Of a DNA stretch of 64,000 bases, positions 19,270 to 28,032 are shown piece by piece. The stretch lies in the NCBI GenBank assembly GCA_963664295.1, contig OY760935.1, positions 416,001-480,000 of the forward strand, in the 5' to 3' direction. The position numbers and the translations under genes were made by a program. The notes under the pieces were generated by a model. The model did no database searches, was not told the DNA's origin, and saw only the letters and a program-made list of their open reading frames with translations. Source of the stretch: Candidatus Altimarinota bacterium. GTDB lineage: Bacteria; Patescibacteriota; Gracilibacteria; CAIRYL01; GCA-016699755. Each line of letters starts with the position of its first letter. Position 1 is the first letter of the stretch.

Positions 19270-19585
19270 ATATTCCGAGCGAACCTGCCTCTTTTTCTGT
19301 CTCTCTGAGCGTAATCCGCCCAGGCGGATGGAGCGAAGAATCTCCTTGTCCACTTGCTCAAGCCCTGCCTTGGCTTTTTGGGTTGTCATTGCGGACTTGA
19401 TCCGCAATCTCCTTGTCCACTTGCTCAAGTCCTGTCTTGGGTAATTCAACAGTAATGACTACGGGAGATCCTTCGCTTCGCTACGCTCACTCAGGACGAC
19501 AAAAAAAGGGTCAAAATAATACATGATTTTATCATTGTAAGCTTGATTCGCCACAGCAAACTTACAGCCCAGCAATCTCGGGAAG
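19270..19585. repeat. GTCAT-headed REP/REPIN-like palindromic cluster, locus A
   Basis: CTGAGCG...GAAGAATCTCC, GTCATTGCGGACTTGATCCGCAATCTCC, linker CTTGGGTAATTCAACAGTAATGACTAC and GGGAGATCCTTCGCTTCGCTACGCTCACTCAGGACGAC; recurs at 41.4 and 52.6 kb. Confidence 0.88.
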
Positions 19586-19629
19586 ACACAATAATAAACC
19601 ACAATCATAAAACATACTTAAGCTATCAT

Positions 19630-20121
19630 CTACTGACAAGTTCCACCATCACAATCACCAGAGCAACACATCTCATCACCTACACATAAAGCCCCCTCTG
19701 CTGCACAACCGCCAGCAGTTTCTTCTTCAGTAATCAAAACCCGCACAAAATTAGAAATCAAAGCCCAAGCAAGAATAACCACCAAAAGACCAATAATCAC
19801 ATAATAAACCGTTTTTTTACCACCTTCTACCTGATCCTGACTAGAAGAACCAACAACCATACGCACACCACCAATAGATACAAAAAGTACAGCCACAATA
19901 CCAGCAACAATCAAAATAATATCAATAGCAGAAAACACTAAATCAAGCACACTTCCCTCTGAATCCTCAGCATTACGCAAAGAAGGGAGATTGTCAGGTT
20001 TTTGATCTAAAACCTGATCCATATAAGAACCAACATCAGCTGAAGCAAAATCAATGCCAACAAAAAACAAAGAAAAAGCTCCTATAAAAATAAAGGCCAA
20101 TATTGATTTTTTTATTTTCAA
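19630..20121 (-). CDS. TrbC/VirB2-like pilin with C-terminal Cys-rich motif
   Basis: Signal peptide; AGIVAVLFVSIGG...SSSQDQVEGGKKTVYYVIIGL pilin core; terminal C-x6-C-x5-CC-x3-C-x4-C. Confidence 0.8.
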   Translation of the reverse strand: MKIKKSILAFIFIGAFSLFFVGIDFASADVGSYMDQVLDQKPDNLPSLRNAEDSEGSVLDLVFSAIDIILIVAGIVAVLFVSIGGVRMVVGSSSQDQVEGGKKTVYYVIIGLLVVILAWALISNFVRVLITEEETAGGCAAEGALCVGDEMCCSGDCDGGTCQ

Positions 20122-20540
20122 ATTCGATTAAAAGCAAGATTAGTAATACCCCAAACAATCGCATAAGAAAGAGCCATAACAGCAATTCCCAAAGCACCCC
20201 AATAAAGCAATTTATTTGCTTTGCTGTTTTGCTCCTGATCACCAAAATTTGTCACATGCAAATAACCAGCATAAGTAATAACAACTGTAATTGCTGCGCC
20301 AGTAAGATAAAAAATAATATCAATCATCGCTGGTAAAAACTCTCTAGTTAAACTTCCATCTGGCAAATCTTTTGCATATTCCGAATGTGCTGAGCGATTT
20401 GGCAAAATATCCGCACCAAGATAACCCAAAAGATCACCTGATTTTATTTGCAAAAAAGCAACAACAAGCCCAAAAAGCAAAGGAAGTAGTAAAAATAATG
20501 AGAAAAATTTATGCCAATCATGTTTTTTTTGTTTATTCAT
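20118..20540 (-). CDS. TrbC/VirB2-like pilin
   Basis: YAGYLHVTNFGDQEQNSKANKLLYWGALG core between two TM helices. Confidence 0.78.
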   Translation of the reverse strand: MNKQKKHDWHKFFSLFLLLPLLFGLVVAFLQIKSGDLLGYLGADILPNRSAHSEYAKDLPDGSLTREFLPAMIDIIFYLTGAAITVVITYAGYLHVTNFGDQEQNSKANKLLYWGALGIAVMALSYAIVWGITNLAFNRI

Positions 20541-21037
20541 TAACTAGGCAAGGTTATATTTTCAATTACCTTCACTATAAAAAAGGAAAACATAGCAACA
20601 AAAAGCCCAATAATAGAAATTGTTATTGTTTTTTTACCTTTACTAATCATTTCCTCATCGCCAAAGTGGAGCAAGATCATGCCCCCACCAATCATAATTG
20701 TCACAACCGAAGCACCAGCCGCAAAAATAATTAACCAGCTAATCCAATTTGGAAAACCAGTAGTAAAAAACCAGTGATCTTCTATGTCATCAGTTGCGTC
20801 TTGATCACAACCCACAAGTCCTGCATCACCACACTCTATTTTTGGCACAGAATAAACAGAAGAAAATAATTGATCTGCTTTATTAGCAAATAAGCCAGTA
20901 AAACCAGCTAAATTTACTGTTAAAATCAAAGATAAAATACCAACTATCCACCTTTTTTGTGGTCTTGGTTTTGACTCTGGCAATAAATACATATTTTTTT
21001 GCTGAGTCTGTTCTTTTTTTTCTGGTAGTAAATACAT
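20540..21037 (-). CDS. TrbC/VirB2-like pilin
   Basis: IGGGMILLHFGDEEMISKGKKTITISIIGL core; duplicated MYLLPE N-terminus. Confidence 0.78.
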   Translation of the reverse strand: MYLLPEKKEQTQQKNMYLLPESKPRPQKRWIVGILSLILTVNLAGFTGLFANKADQLFSSVYSVPKIECGDAGLVGCDQDATDDIEDHWFFTTGFPNWISWLIIFAAGASVVTIMIGGGMILLHFGDEEMISKGKKTITISIIGLFVAMFSFFIVKVIENITLPS

Positions 21038-21039
21038 AA

Positions 21040-21870
21040 TTAAAGTTGAAAGAAAGAAGGATTAATCCAATTAAGAATAAGCGCACTAAGCGCAACCAAA
21101 ACAATGCCTAAAAGCGCCTGTGTTATGCGCTGTTTTCCGGAATCAGTGCTGGCAATACCACCAACCACCATAATCTCAATTCCACCAACAATCAGCATGA
21201 TCACAGCCACAACCACAACCAAGCCAGTACCAAAAAGATAAACTCGACCCACATATTCTTTCATTATTCCCACTGCTCCACCCTCGATAGCAATTGCTTT
21301 TGAGCTTCCTCCATCTTTTGTTGGTAGTGCAACATTAAGCTCTATGTCTTTGTTTTCAGGGCTATTTGCACAATTATCACCCTCACAAGCATTAGCGCCA
21401 TTTTTTTGATTAGGATCATTAGCTGGAGTGCCATTACCTTGGTCATCAGAATTTGGGGAATTGCCCCCTGCGCCATTAGGGTCATTAGCACCACCATTAT
21501 TAACACCGTTAGGGTTAGTATCTCCTTCTGCGCCTATAATATTATTAATATCATCAGTACTCAAATCGGGATTATGAGTACTAACAACATCTCTTAATAC
21601 ATCTGCATTAACCGAATTAAGATTTCCATCATAGGTATCAAGAAAAATTTGCTCCCCAGTTGTTAATGAGCTTCTGTCTTTACTAGAAAGATTTTCTTTA
21701 ATACTTCCAAAAAAAACATCTCTTGATACATCTGAATAATTAGCACTACCATCAGTATTATAAGTTTCATTAACAATATTGCCAGTAGTATCATCATAAA
21801 TATATTTTGCCTCACAAAAAGGCATTAAAACAAAAGCCAAAGCCAAAATAATTAAGATCTTTTTTTTCAT
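21040..21870 (-). CDS. TrbC/VirB2-like pilin with extended N/G/P/D-rich domain
   Basis: Signal peptide, low-complexity ANDPN linker, VGGIEIM...GKQRITQALLG...WINP pilin C-terminus. Confidence 0.78.
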   Translation of the reverse strand: MKKKILIILALAFVLMPFCEAKYIYDDTTGNIVNETYNTDGSANYSDVSRDVFFGSIKENLSSKDRSSLTTGEQIFLDTYDGNLNSVNADVLRDVVSTHNPDLSTDDINNIIGAEGDTNPNGVNNGGANDPNGAGGNSPNSDDQGNGTPANDPNQKNGANACEGDNCANSPENKDIELNVALPTKDGGSSKAIAIEGGAVGIMKEYVGRVYLFGTGLVVVVAVIMLIVGGIEIMVVGGIASTDSGKQRITQALLGIVLVALSALILNWINPSFFQL

Positions 21871-22259
21871 TGTGGAATTGCATAAAGAATAGTTTGTACC
21901 AAAGTGACAATCAAATAGGCAAAAATAGCTAAACCAAGACCAATAAGTGAGTATTTAATAATTTCTTTTCCTCTGTTCATCTGGTTTTCACTACCAGCAG
22001 AAGTGATAAGCATAATACCACCAATCATCACAGCCAAAACAGCAACCGAAGCTACTGTAATGTTCAAAAATTTCAAAATCTTAAACAAAAGCTCGGTCAC
22101 ACTCTTTGGCCCCCCAAGATAAGTAAACTCATTCAAGTCAACACTACTAGCGTCGTCTTTGGCAAAAACAAGATTGTTTAAAGTAAAAAATGCGCTCAAG
22201 ACAGCAAAAAATATTCTTTTTTTCACAATTCTTGCCATAATTACTTTTTTTATGCTCAT
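21867..22259 (-). CDS. TrbC/VirB2-like pilin
   Basis: IGGIMLITSAGSENQMNRGKEIIKYSLIGL core; TGA stop overlaps the next ATG. Confidence 0.82.
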   Translation of the reverse strand: MSIKKVIMARIVKKRIFFAVLSAFFTLNNLVFAKDDASSVDLNEFTYLGGPKSVTELLFKILKFLNITVASVAVLAVMIGGIMLITSAGSENQMNRGKEIIKYSLIGLGLAIFAYLIVTLVQTILYAIPQ

Positions 22260-22342
22260 TTTTGTTTTTGTTTTTCAAAGTTTTATCTATTTATTTTATC
22301 ACAAAAAAACCTCAAAAACAAGGCAAGAACAAAAGAAAAACA

Positions 22343-23392
22343 CTAAATAAAATCAGGTAAAATAAATTTTGTTTTCTTTTTTTCTACTCGAGCAACTTTT
22401 TCAATCTCTTTGCGTATTTTTGTCCCCCCTTTTTTGTATTGATTAAAAATCTTGATCAATCTTTCACTTGTAAAATTAGATTGTATAAAAAATTTGTTCA
22501 TATCAGATGATGCCAAAAAGCTCTTTACTTTGGGCATTTCTGCAAATGCAACAAAAGGTGTTTTTGTAAGCATTGCTATAATTGCTCCATGTAATCTTGA
22601 GCTTAAAACAAATTTTGCAGAGGAGATAATTTCCACAATTTCCTTATCACTCTTTGGTGAATAACATGGAATATTAAGCTTTTTTGCTAATTTATGATCA
22701 TTTGTAATTCTTTTTTGCATTGGCAAAAAAGCAACTTTTTCCCCCTTCTTTTTTAGGTATTGAACAAATTTTTTGATCCTTTTTATTTGCCTTTCTGTCG
22801 TATATTTTCCGTGCAATATCAATAAAATTTCTTTATGTTTTTTTTCTTGTTTTTTTATAGGCAAAAAGAAAACAGCATCAGTGCCAAAGCTTATTTTTCG
22901 TTTATCTACAGCCAAACTTTCAAGCAAATCAAAAGAATCTTGGTCACGCACAGAGAAAAAAGAAACTTTTTTAAAAATTTGCTTAGCAGTGTCAATAGAG
23001 CTGCCTTTATTTAAAGGTCCAATAGAATTTGCTATAAGTGCAATCCTTTTGTTAAAAAGAAAACAAAGACGCAAAAACAAAGACCACATCAAAAAAGCCC
23101 TTGGCTCTTTATCTTGAAACAATCCCCCACCACCAAAAAGCACTAAATCAGCTTCTTTTATAGCCCTAACTGTCTCCAAAAACTTTCCCCTAAAAAGGGA
23201 ACGAAAACCAAAAGGAGGCTGATAGACAGAATTCACTTTATGATGTTTCCTGGTGTGTTCTGGATTAGCGGAAACTACTGTTATCTGCCATTTTTTTGAA
23301 GAAATTGAATAAAGCAAACCCGAGAGTATCGCTTCATCACCGAAATTGATACCCCCGTAATTTCCAAAAATCAAAAGTTTCCTACGATTCAT
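22343..23392 (-). CDS. csaB: Polysaccharide pyruvyl transferase (CsaB-like)
   Basis: GNYGGINFGDEAIL, GGGGLFQD, SIGP, SVRD, SRLHGAI. Confidence 0.85.
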   Translation of the reverse strand: MNRRKLLIFGNYGGINFGDEAILSGLLYSISSKKWQITVVSANPEHTRKHHKVNSVYQPPFGFRSLFRGKFLETVRAIKEADLVLFGGGGLFQDKEPRAFLMWSLFLRLCFLFNKRIALIANSIGPLNKGSSIDTAKQIFKKVSFFSVRDQDSFDLLESLAVDKRKISFGTDAVFFLPIKKQEKKHKEILLILHGKYTTERQIKRIKKFVQYLKKKGEKVAFLPMQKRITNDHKLAKKLNIPCYSPKSDKEIVEIISSAKFVLSSRLHGAIIAMLTKTPFVAFAEMPKVKSFLASSDMNKFFIQSNFTSERLIKIFNQYKKGGTKIRKEIEKVARVEKKKTKFILPDFI

Positions 23393-23401
23393 TAATTAAG
23401 T

Positions 23402-24004
23402 TTATTTTTCTGAATCTTCTACCTTTTTCTCCTCTGTTTCTTCTTTTTTTACTTCTTCCTCAGCAGGCGCTTCTTCTGCTGGTTTTTCTTCAGCTTTAGC
23501 AGGTTCTACTTTTACTTCCTCAGTAGGTGCTTCTGTTGTTTCTTCTGCTTTTTTTGCTTCTTCCTCTTCTTTCACTTTTTCTGCCTGCACAGCTTCTTCA
23601 ATATCTTCTTCTGTTGGCTCATTGCTTGCTGTCATTTCTTGTAAATCTTTTTCTGTTAAGAATTTTTCCTTAAGTCTTGCAGATTTACCACTTCTTTCAC
23701 GCATGAAGAAAATCCTTGAGCGACGTGTTTTAGCCTCTTTTACAAGATCAATCTTATCAATTACAGCAGAATGAATTGAAAAAATCTTTTCAACGCCAAT
23801 TCCACCAATAATTTTACGCACAGTTATAGTTTTGCCTGCGCCTTGACCACCAGTTTGAATAATAAGTCCTTCAAAAATCTGAACACGCTCCTTATCACCT
23901 TCTTTAATTTTTTCATGCACACGAACTGTTTGACCAGCCTTAAAAGCAGGAAAAGATCGCTTTGCGCTCTCACGCTGTAGTTGTTGTAATGTTACTGTTG
24001 CCAT
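23402..24004 (-). CDS. rplS: 50S ribosomal protein L19 with acidic C-terminal extension
   Basis: FKAGQTVRVH.KIKEGDKERVQIFEG, TVRK, GVEKIF; about 85-aa E/A/K-rich tail. Confidence 0.96.
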   Translation of the reverse strand: MATVTLQQLQRESAKRSFPAFKAGQTVRVHEKIKEGDKERVQIFEGLIIQTGGQGAGKTITVRKIIGGIGVEKIFSIHSAVIDKIDLVKEAKTRRSRIFFMRERSGKSARLKEKFLTEKDLQEMTASNEPTEEDIEEAVQAEKVKEEEEAKKAEETTEAPTEEVKVEPAKAEEKPAEEAPAEEEVKKEETEEKKVEDSEK

Positions 24005-24021
24005 TTTACTTAATATAAAAA

Positions 24022-24588
24022 TTACTCAAGCATTTTTTCAAGCTTATTGATTAATGTCAAGTTTTTCGTATCACTTAATATATCTTTTATAAACTTATCT
24101 TTACATTCAAGCCTATACACAAAGTCTTCTTGAGACAATACAGAATAGCGAATTTCCTTTTCAGATTGTAGCTCAGTAGTAATAAAACTACTTAATTTTG
24201 TTTTATCTATATCACCAACAACCAAAATGTCAATACCTTCCTTTTTGCCAACAAAAGAACCAGAAAGTATCAAAAGGTCAACTTTTCCCATTCTTGATAT
24301 TTTTTTTGTAATTTCATCAGCACGAGAATTGCCTTTTTGAAAAATACTTTTTAGTTCTTCATAAATCAAAAAATCAGGATTAACTCTATAATATTTTTTA
24401 CGATTTTTATTTTTAACCCTTAAAAATCCAATTTTTTTAAGATTATTAAGCTCTCTTCTAACTGAATTTATTTGTTCATCAAGCAAACGAGTAAGTTCAC
24501 GAATAAAAAACTCTTTATCCTGCGGAGACAGTAAAAACATTTTAAATAATTTTACCCGGGTGTTTGAAGAAAATATTGCTTTGAGCAT
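24022..24588 (-). CDS. wHTH plus nucleotidyltransferase-like domain protein (CPR-type regulator)
   Basis: FSSNTRVKL, FFIRELTRLLDEQINSVRRELNNL HTH, then LSGSF...IDILVVGD NTase-like motif. Confidence 0.75.
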   Translation of the reverse strand: MLKAIFSSNTRVKLFKMFLLSPQDKEFFIRELTRLLDEQINSVRRELNNLKKIGFLRVKNKNRKKYYRVNPDFLIYEELKSIFQKGNSRADEITKKISRMGKVDLLILSGSFVGKKEGIDILVVGDIDKTKLSSFITTELQSEKEIRYSVLSQEDFVYRLECKDKFIKDILSDTKNLTLINKLEKMLE

Positions 24589-24820
24589 TTATAATTTTTT
24601 TGTATACACATTTTGTACAAGGAATAGACTTTTTGCAAGCCTTTTTTTATTCATATCTTTTAAATGGCTTTAATAAGGCATTTTTTTGTATTACTTTTTA
24701 ATACAAGTTCATAAATTTTGCACATAATAGGCTGTGTTTTAACAAAACTAATGAACAAAATTTTTATACAACTTAATTTTATTTTGTCAGATAATTGTTT
24801 TTGCGTGATAATAAAAAATA

Positions 24821-25483
24821 ATGAATACAATAAAAACTCGATTAGGTCTAATTTACAAAAAACTTGCTCAATATCCACACGCAAAACTTGTTGTTGTCAG
24901 CAAATATCGTGATTTAAATGAAATAAATGAGGTTATAAATAGTGGTTTTCCCATTATTATTGCAGAAAATCGAATACAAGAAGCAGAGAAAAAGTTTTCC
25001 CAACTCCCCTCTTCGACAAAAAAACACTTAATAGGCCATTTGCAAAGCAATAAAGCAAAAAAAGCAGTGCAATTATTTGATATGATTGAATCTGTGGACT
25101 CTTTTAAATTAGCAGAAAAGCTTAATTATGAATGTGAAAAAATTAACAAAAAAATGCCAATCTTATTGCAAGTGAATATTTCTAATGATACTGCTAAATA
25201 TGGCTTTACTGAAACAGAAATAATAAGTATGTACAAAAAAATTATTCAACTCCCCTATCTTGAAGTACATGGTTTGATGACTATACCAAAATACTCAAAA
25301 GACCCAGAAAAAAGCCGAAAATATTTCCATCAATTAAGACAGTTGTTCAAAAAAATTGAACAAGAAAAAATATTCAATCAAAATTTCAAAGAATTATCAA
25401 TGGGCATGAGTTCTGACTGGAAAATTGCACTGAAAGAGGGTGCCACAATAATCCGTGTGGGTTCTTATATTTTTGAAGAATAA
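24821..25483 (+). CDS. yggS: YggS/PLP homeostasis protein
   Basis: VVSK, ENRIQE, HLIGHLQSNK, SVDS, GLMTIP, LSMGMSSD, RVGSYIF. Confidence 0.95.
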   Translation: MNTIKTRLGLIYKKLAQYPHAKLVVVSKYRDLNEINEVINSGFPIIIAENRIQEAEKKFSQLPSSTKKHLIGHLQSNKAKKAVQLFDMIESVDSFKLAEKLNYECEKINKKMPILLQVNISNDTAKYGFTETEIISMYKKIIQLPYLEVHGLMTIPKYSKDPEKSRKYFHQLRQLFKKIEQEKIFNQNFKELSMGMSSDWKIALKEGATIIRVGSYIFEE

Positions 25484-25628
25484 AAAATCCAAATTTTTAT
25501 ATTAAATGAAACATATTTATTTTTAAGTTTCAGATTATTATAACATAAAAAAACCTCTTAAAACAAGTTTCTAATTGCAAAAAACAACCTCAATCAGGTA
25601 AAATAAAAAAGATTTTAAAAACAAAACA

Positions 25629-26015
25629 ATGGAAAAAATGCAAATTGAAACAGCTTTAGCTCCTGATCTTGGCGGATTAGACCCGCACGGAGTTGCTTAC
25701 AATAATGTAATTTACACATCTGGCCAGATTGGTATGGATCCACGAGGGAATTTGCCTGACACCTTTGAAGAGCAAGCAAAAAACGCTTTTTACAACCTTA
25801 AAGCAGTGGTGGAAGCTGCTGGTTCCCGCCTTGATCGTATGACAAAAGTCACTGTCTATCTCACAGATATGCAAAATTTTGCAACAATGAATGAAGTATA
25901 TGGTCGCTTTTTTCGAGACGCCCCTCCAGCAAGAGAAATTATGGAAGTAAGCGCCTTAAGGCATAACTCCGATATTCAGGTTTCTGCAATGGGCTATGTA
26001 CGCACTGATACATAA
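25629..26015 (+). CDS. Rid (RidA/YjgF) family protein
   Basis: YTSGQIG, NLKAVVEAAG, KVTVYLTDM, MNEVY..FF...PPAR. Confidence 0.88.
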   Translation: MEKMQIETALAPDLGGLDPHGVAYNNVIYTSGQIGMDPRGNLPDTFEEQAKNAFYNLKAVVEAAGSRLDRMTKVTVYLTDMQNFATMNEVYGRFFRDAPPAREIMEVSALRHNSDIQVSAMGYVRTDT

Positions 26016-26836
26016 TATCTCTCTGCAAACTCCTCTCTTTTATCATTATCGTGAAATTTTAACATTCCTTTGGTAATTATTGTGCCAGAGGAATTTTTTA
26101 ATTTTTTAGCTTTTTTTAGGCTTCTTGGCAATAAAAATCTTTTTAATAAAGACTCAAACCACTTTCCAAAAATTATTTCTAAGAAAAAACAGCCACCATC
26201 TTTTTTGATTTTTTTATTTTTTAATAAAATATTCACTCCAACCTCCTGTTTTATCCAATTTTCATTAAGAAGTGCGAATTTTTTAAAAATTTTTTGTCCA
26301 AAGATAGGCACAAGAGATGCGCACCAAAAAGCCAAAAAAGGATCTTTTTTTAATTTTATTTTTTCTAGATCCAAATTCTCTGTGTCAGCAAAAAAAGATA
26401 AACAAAAACGACTAGCAATTTTATTTCCATATCTACGCACGCCCAAAATATGCAAAAAAAAGGTCACAAAAACCCTAGCAGTCCAAATGTGGTTTTTTTC
26501 AGTAATAATAAACAAATCAATATCACTTTTTTGGTCTGCAGAATAAAAAGAAGTGGTATTACAAACCGCAACAGCACGCACAAAAGGCAAAAAACGCAAG
26601 TATGGTAAATATTTTTCTGCTTTCTTTAAATGATTTTCGGAAATTTGCCTATTTTCTTTTGTTTTTTTAAAAATAACTTTATCTGCTGACCTTAAAACAT
26701 AATAGTCATCTTTTTTTTGATATTTTTGTAAATCTTGCTCTTTTATTTCTTTGTTTAAAAATTCTTCAAGCTCTTTTTTTGTTAAAGCTCTATTAAAAAT
26801 ATTAAAAAACGCCAAAATATTATCAATATTATTCAT
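25994..26836 (-). CDS. Nucleotidyltransferase-domain hypothetical protein (CPR-type)
   Basis: LPFVRAVAVCNT...SDIDLFII, FCLSFF, LKFH; start MNNID at 26836. Confidence 0.7.
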   Translation of the reverse strand: MNNIDNILAFFNIFNRALTKKELEEFLNKEIKEQDLQKYQKKDDYYVLRSADKVIFKKTKENRQISENHLKKAEKYLPYLRFLPFVRAVAVCNTTSFYSADQKSDIDLFIITEKNHIWTARVFVTFFLHILGVRRYGNKIASRFCLSFFADTENLDLEKIKLKKDPFLAFWCASLVPIFGQKIFKKFALLNENWIKQEVGVNILLKNKKIKKDGGCFFLEIIFGKWFESLLKRFLLPRSLKKAKKLKNSSGTIITKGMLKFHDNDKREEFAERYYVSVRT

Positions 26837-28019
26837 TTTTAAGCGCAATGTGGATATTAAAACCAAAAAATAAACCTGTAATAATCATAACTCCCGCCAT
26901 AATCAAAAATAAAGTAAAAATACTATATAAATCAGCAATATAACCCAAAAATGGCAAGGTTAAAACCTGAAAAAACTGCACAATAAAGCTGTAAATTGAA
27001 CTTACTGTTGCACGATGATAAGAAGCCGAACGCTTGTTAATTTCATCACTAAAAAATATTCTCCCAAGACCATAGGTAAACTCAAAAAACAAAGGGAACA
27101 AAAGAGTAATATAAATAACACTCACTTTTGCCAACAAGATAAAGCCAATTATTTGAGCAAGAAAAATCACAACAAATGAATTTAAATGGCCAATTTTATC
27201 AATAATAGAGTGCGCTCTTGCAGAACAATAACCAGCAAACAAAACATAAACACCACCAGCCAAGCCCCAATATTTCACAGGAAAATTTAAAGATTCATAC
27301 AAAGGATTAAAAAATTGAAATACAATTTTTTCACTAAGTGTAATAAAAACACCCGTTAAAACAATAAAAACCAGAATTTTGTGAGAAAAAAGCCATTTAA
27401 AAGATTTGGTCAAATGATTAAATTGCGATTTTTTTAAGGGTTTTTCATAAACAGGCTCTTCAAGAAAAAAACTTATCAAAAAAAACACCAAAGCAGGAAT
27501 AATACTAAGATAAATAGCCATGCGAATTGAAAAATAATCCGCAATAAAAGCACCAATTACCCAAAAAGGAATACACAAATACAAGCTCGTTGCAGTTATT
27601 TTACCCCAGATTTTTTTGTATTCACCTTCTTGACCAAGATCTTTTAAGCTCTCAAAAACAAGGGCAGTATCAGCACCAGACATACTTGCAATACAAATCC
27701 CGTATAAAATTTGAGTTAATATAATATGAGCAAAACTTGTCGCAAAGGCAAGTGAAATCATTCCCAACACAGAAAATAAGCCACCAAAAATAAGTGCCTT
27801 TTTTCTGCCCATAAAATCAGCAAAAACCGCAGAAGGAACTTCAAAAAGAATAATAGTGAGAGCAAAAATAGACTCACCAATAAACATTTCCGCCAAACTA
27901 AGTCCAATCACGTTTATTTCAAAAGCAATAAGAACTTGTCCAACAAAAAACAGAGATTGCCCCTTAATAAATCTCATGAGCTTAAAATTGCGCTTGAGCT
28001 TTTTTTGATGATCATTCAT
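26829..28019 (-). CDS. MFS transporter
   Basis: About 12 TM helices; EVPSAVFADFMGRK, SGADTALVFESL, RATVSS. Confidence 0.9.
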   Translation of the reverse strand: MNDHQKKLKRNFKLMRFIKGQSLFFVGQVLIAFEINVIGLSLAEMFIGESIFALTIILFEVPSAVFADFMGRKKALIFGGLFSVLGMISLAFATSFAHIILTQILYGICIASMSGADTALVFESLKDLGQEGEYKKIWGKITATSLYLCIPFWVIGAFIADYFSIRMAIYLSIIPALVFFLISFFLEEPVYEKPLKKSQFNHLTKSFKWLFSHKILVFIVLTGVFITLSEKIVFQFFNPLYESLNFPVKYWGLAGGVYVLFAGYCSARAHSIIDKIGHLNSFVVIFLAQIIGFILLAKVSVIYITLLFPLFFEFTYGLGRIFFSDEINKRSASYHRATVSSIYSFIVQFFQVLTLPFLGYIADLYSIFTLFLIMAGVMIITGLFFGFNIHIALKNE

Positions 28020-28032
28020 AACGCAATTTTAC

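Noticed and set aside
19246-19449. ORFs inside REP-like clusters (also 41504-41713 and 52700-53197)
   Set aside because: They are translations of palindromic non-coding repeats in several frames with no protein-like features.
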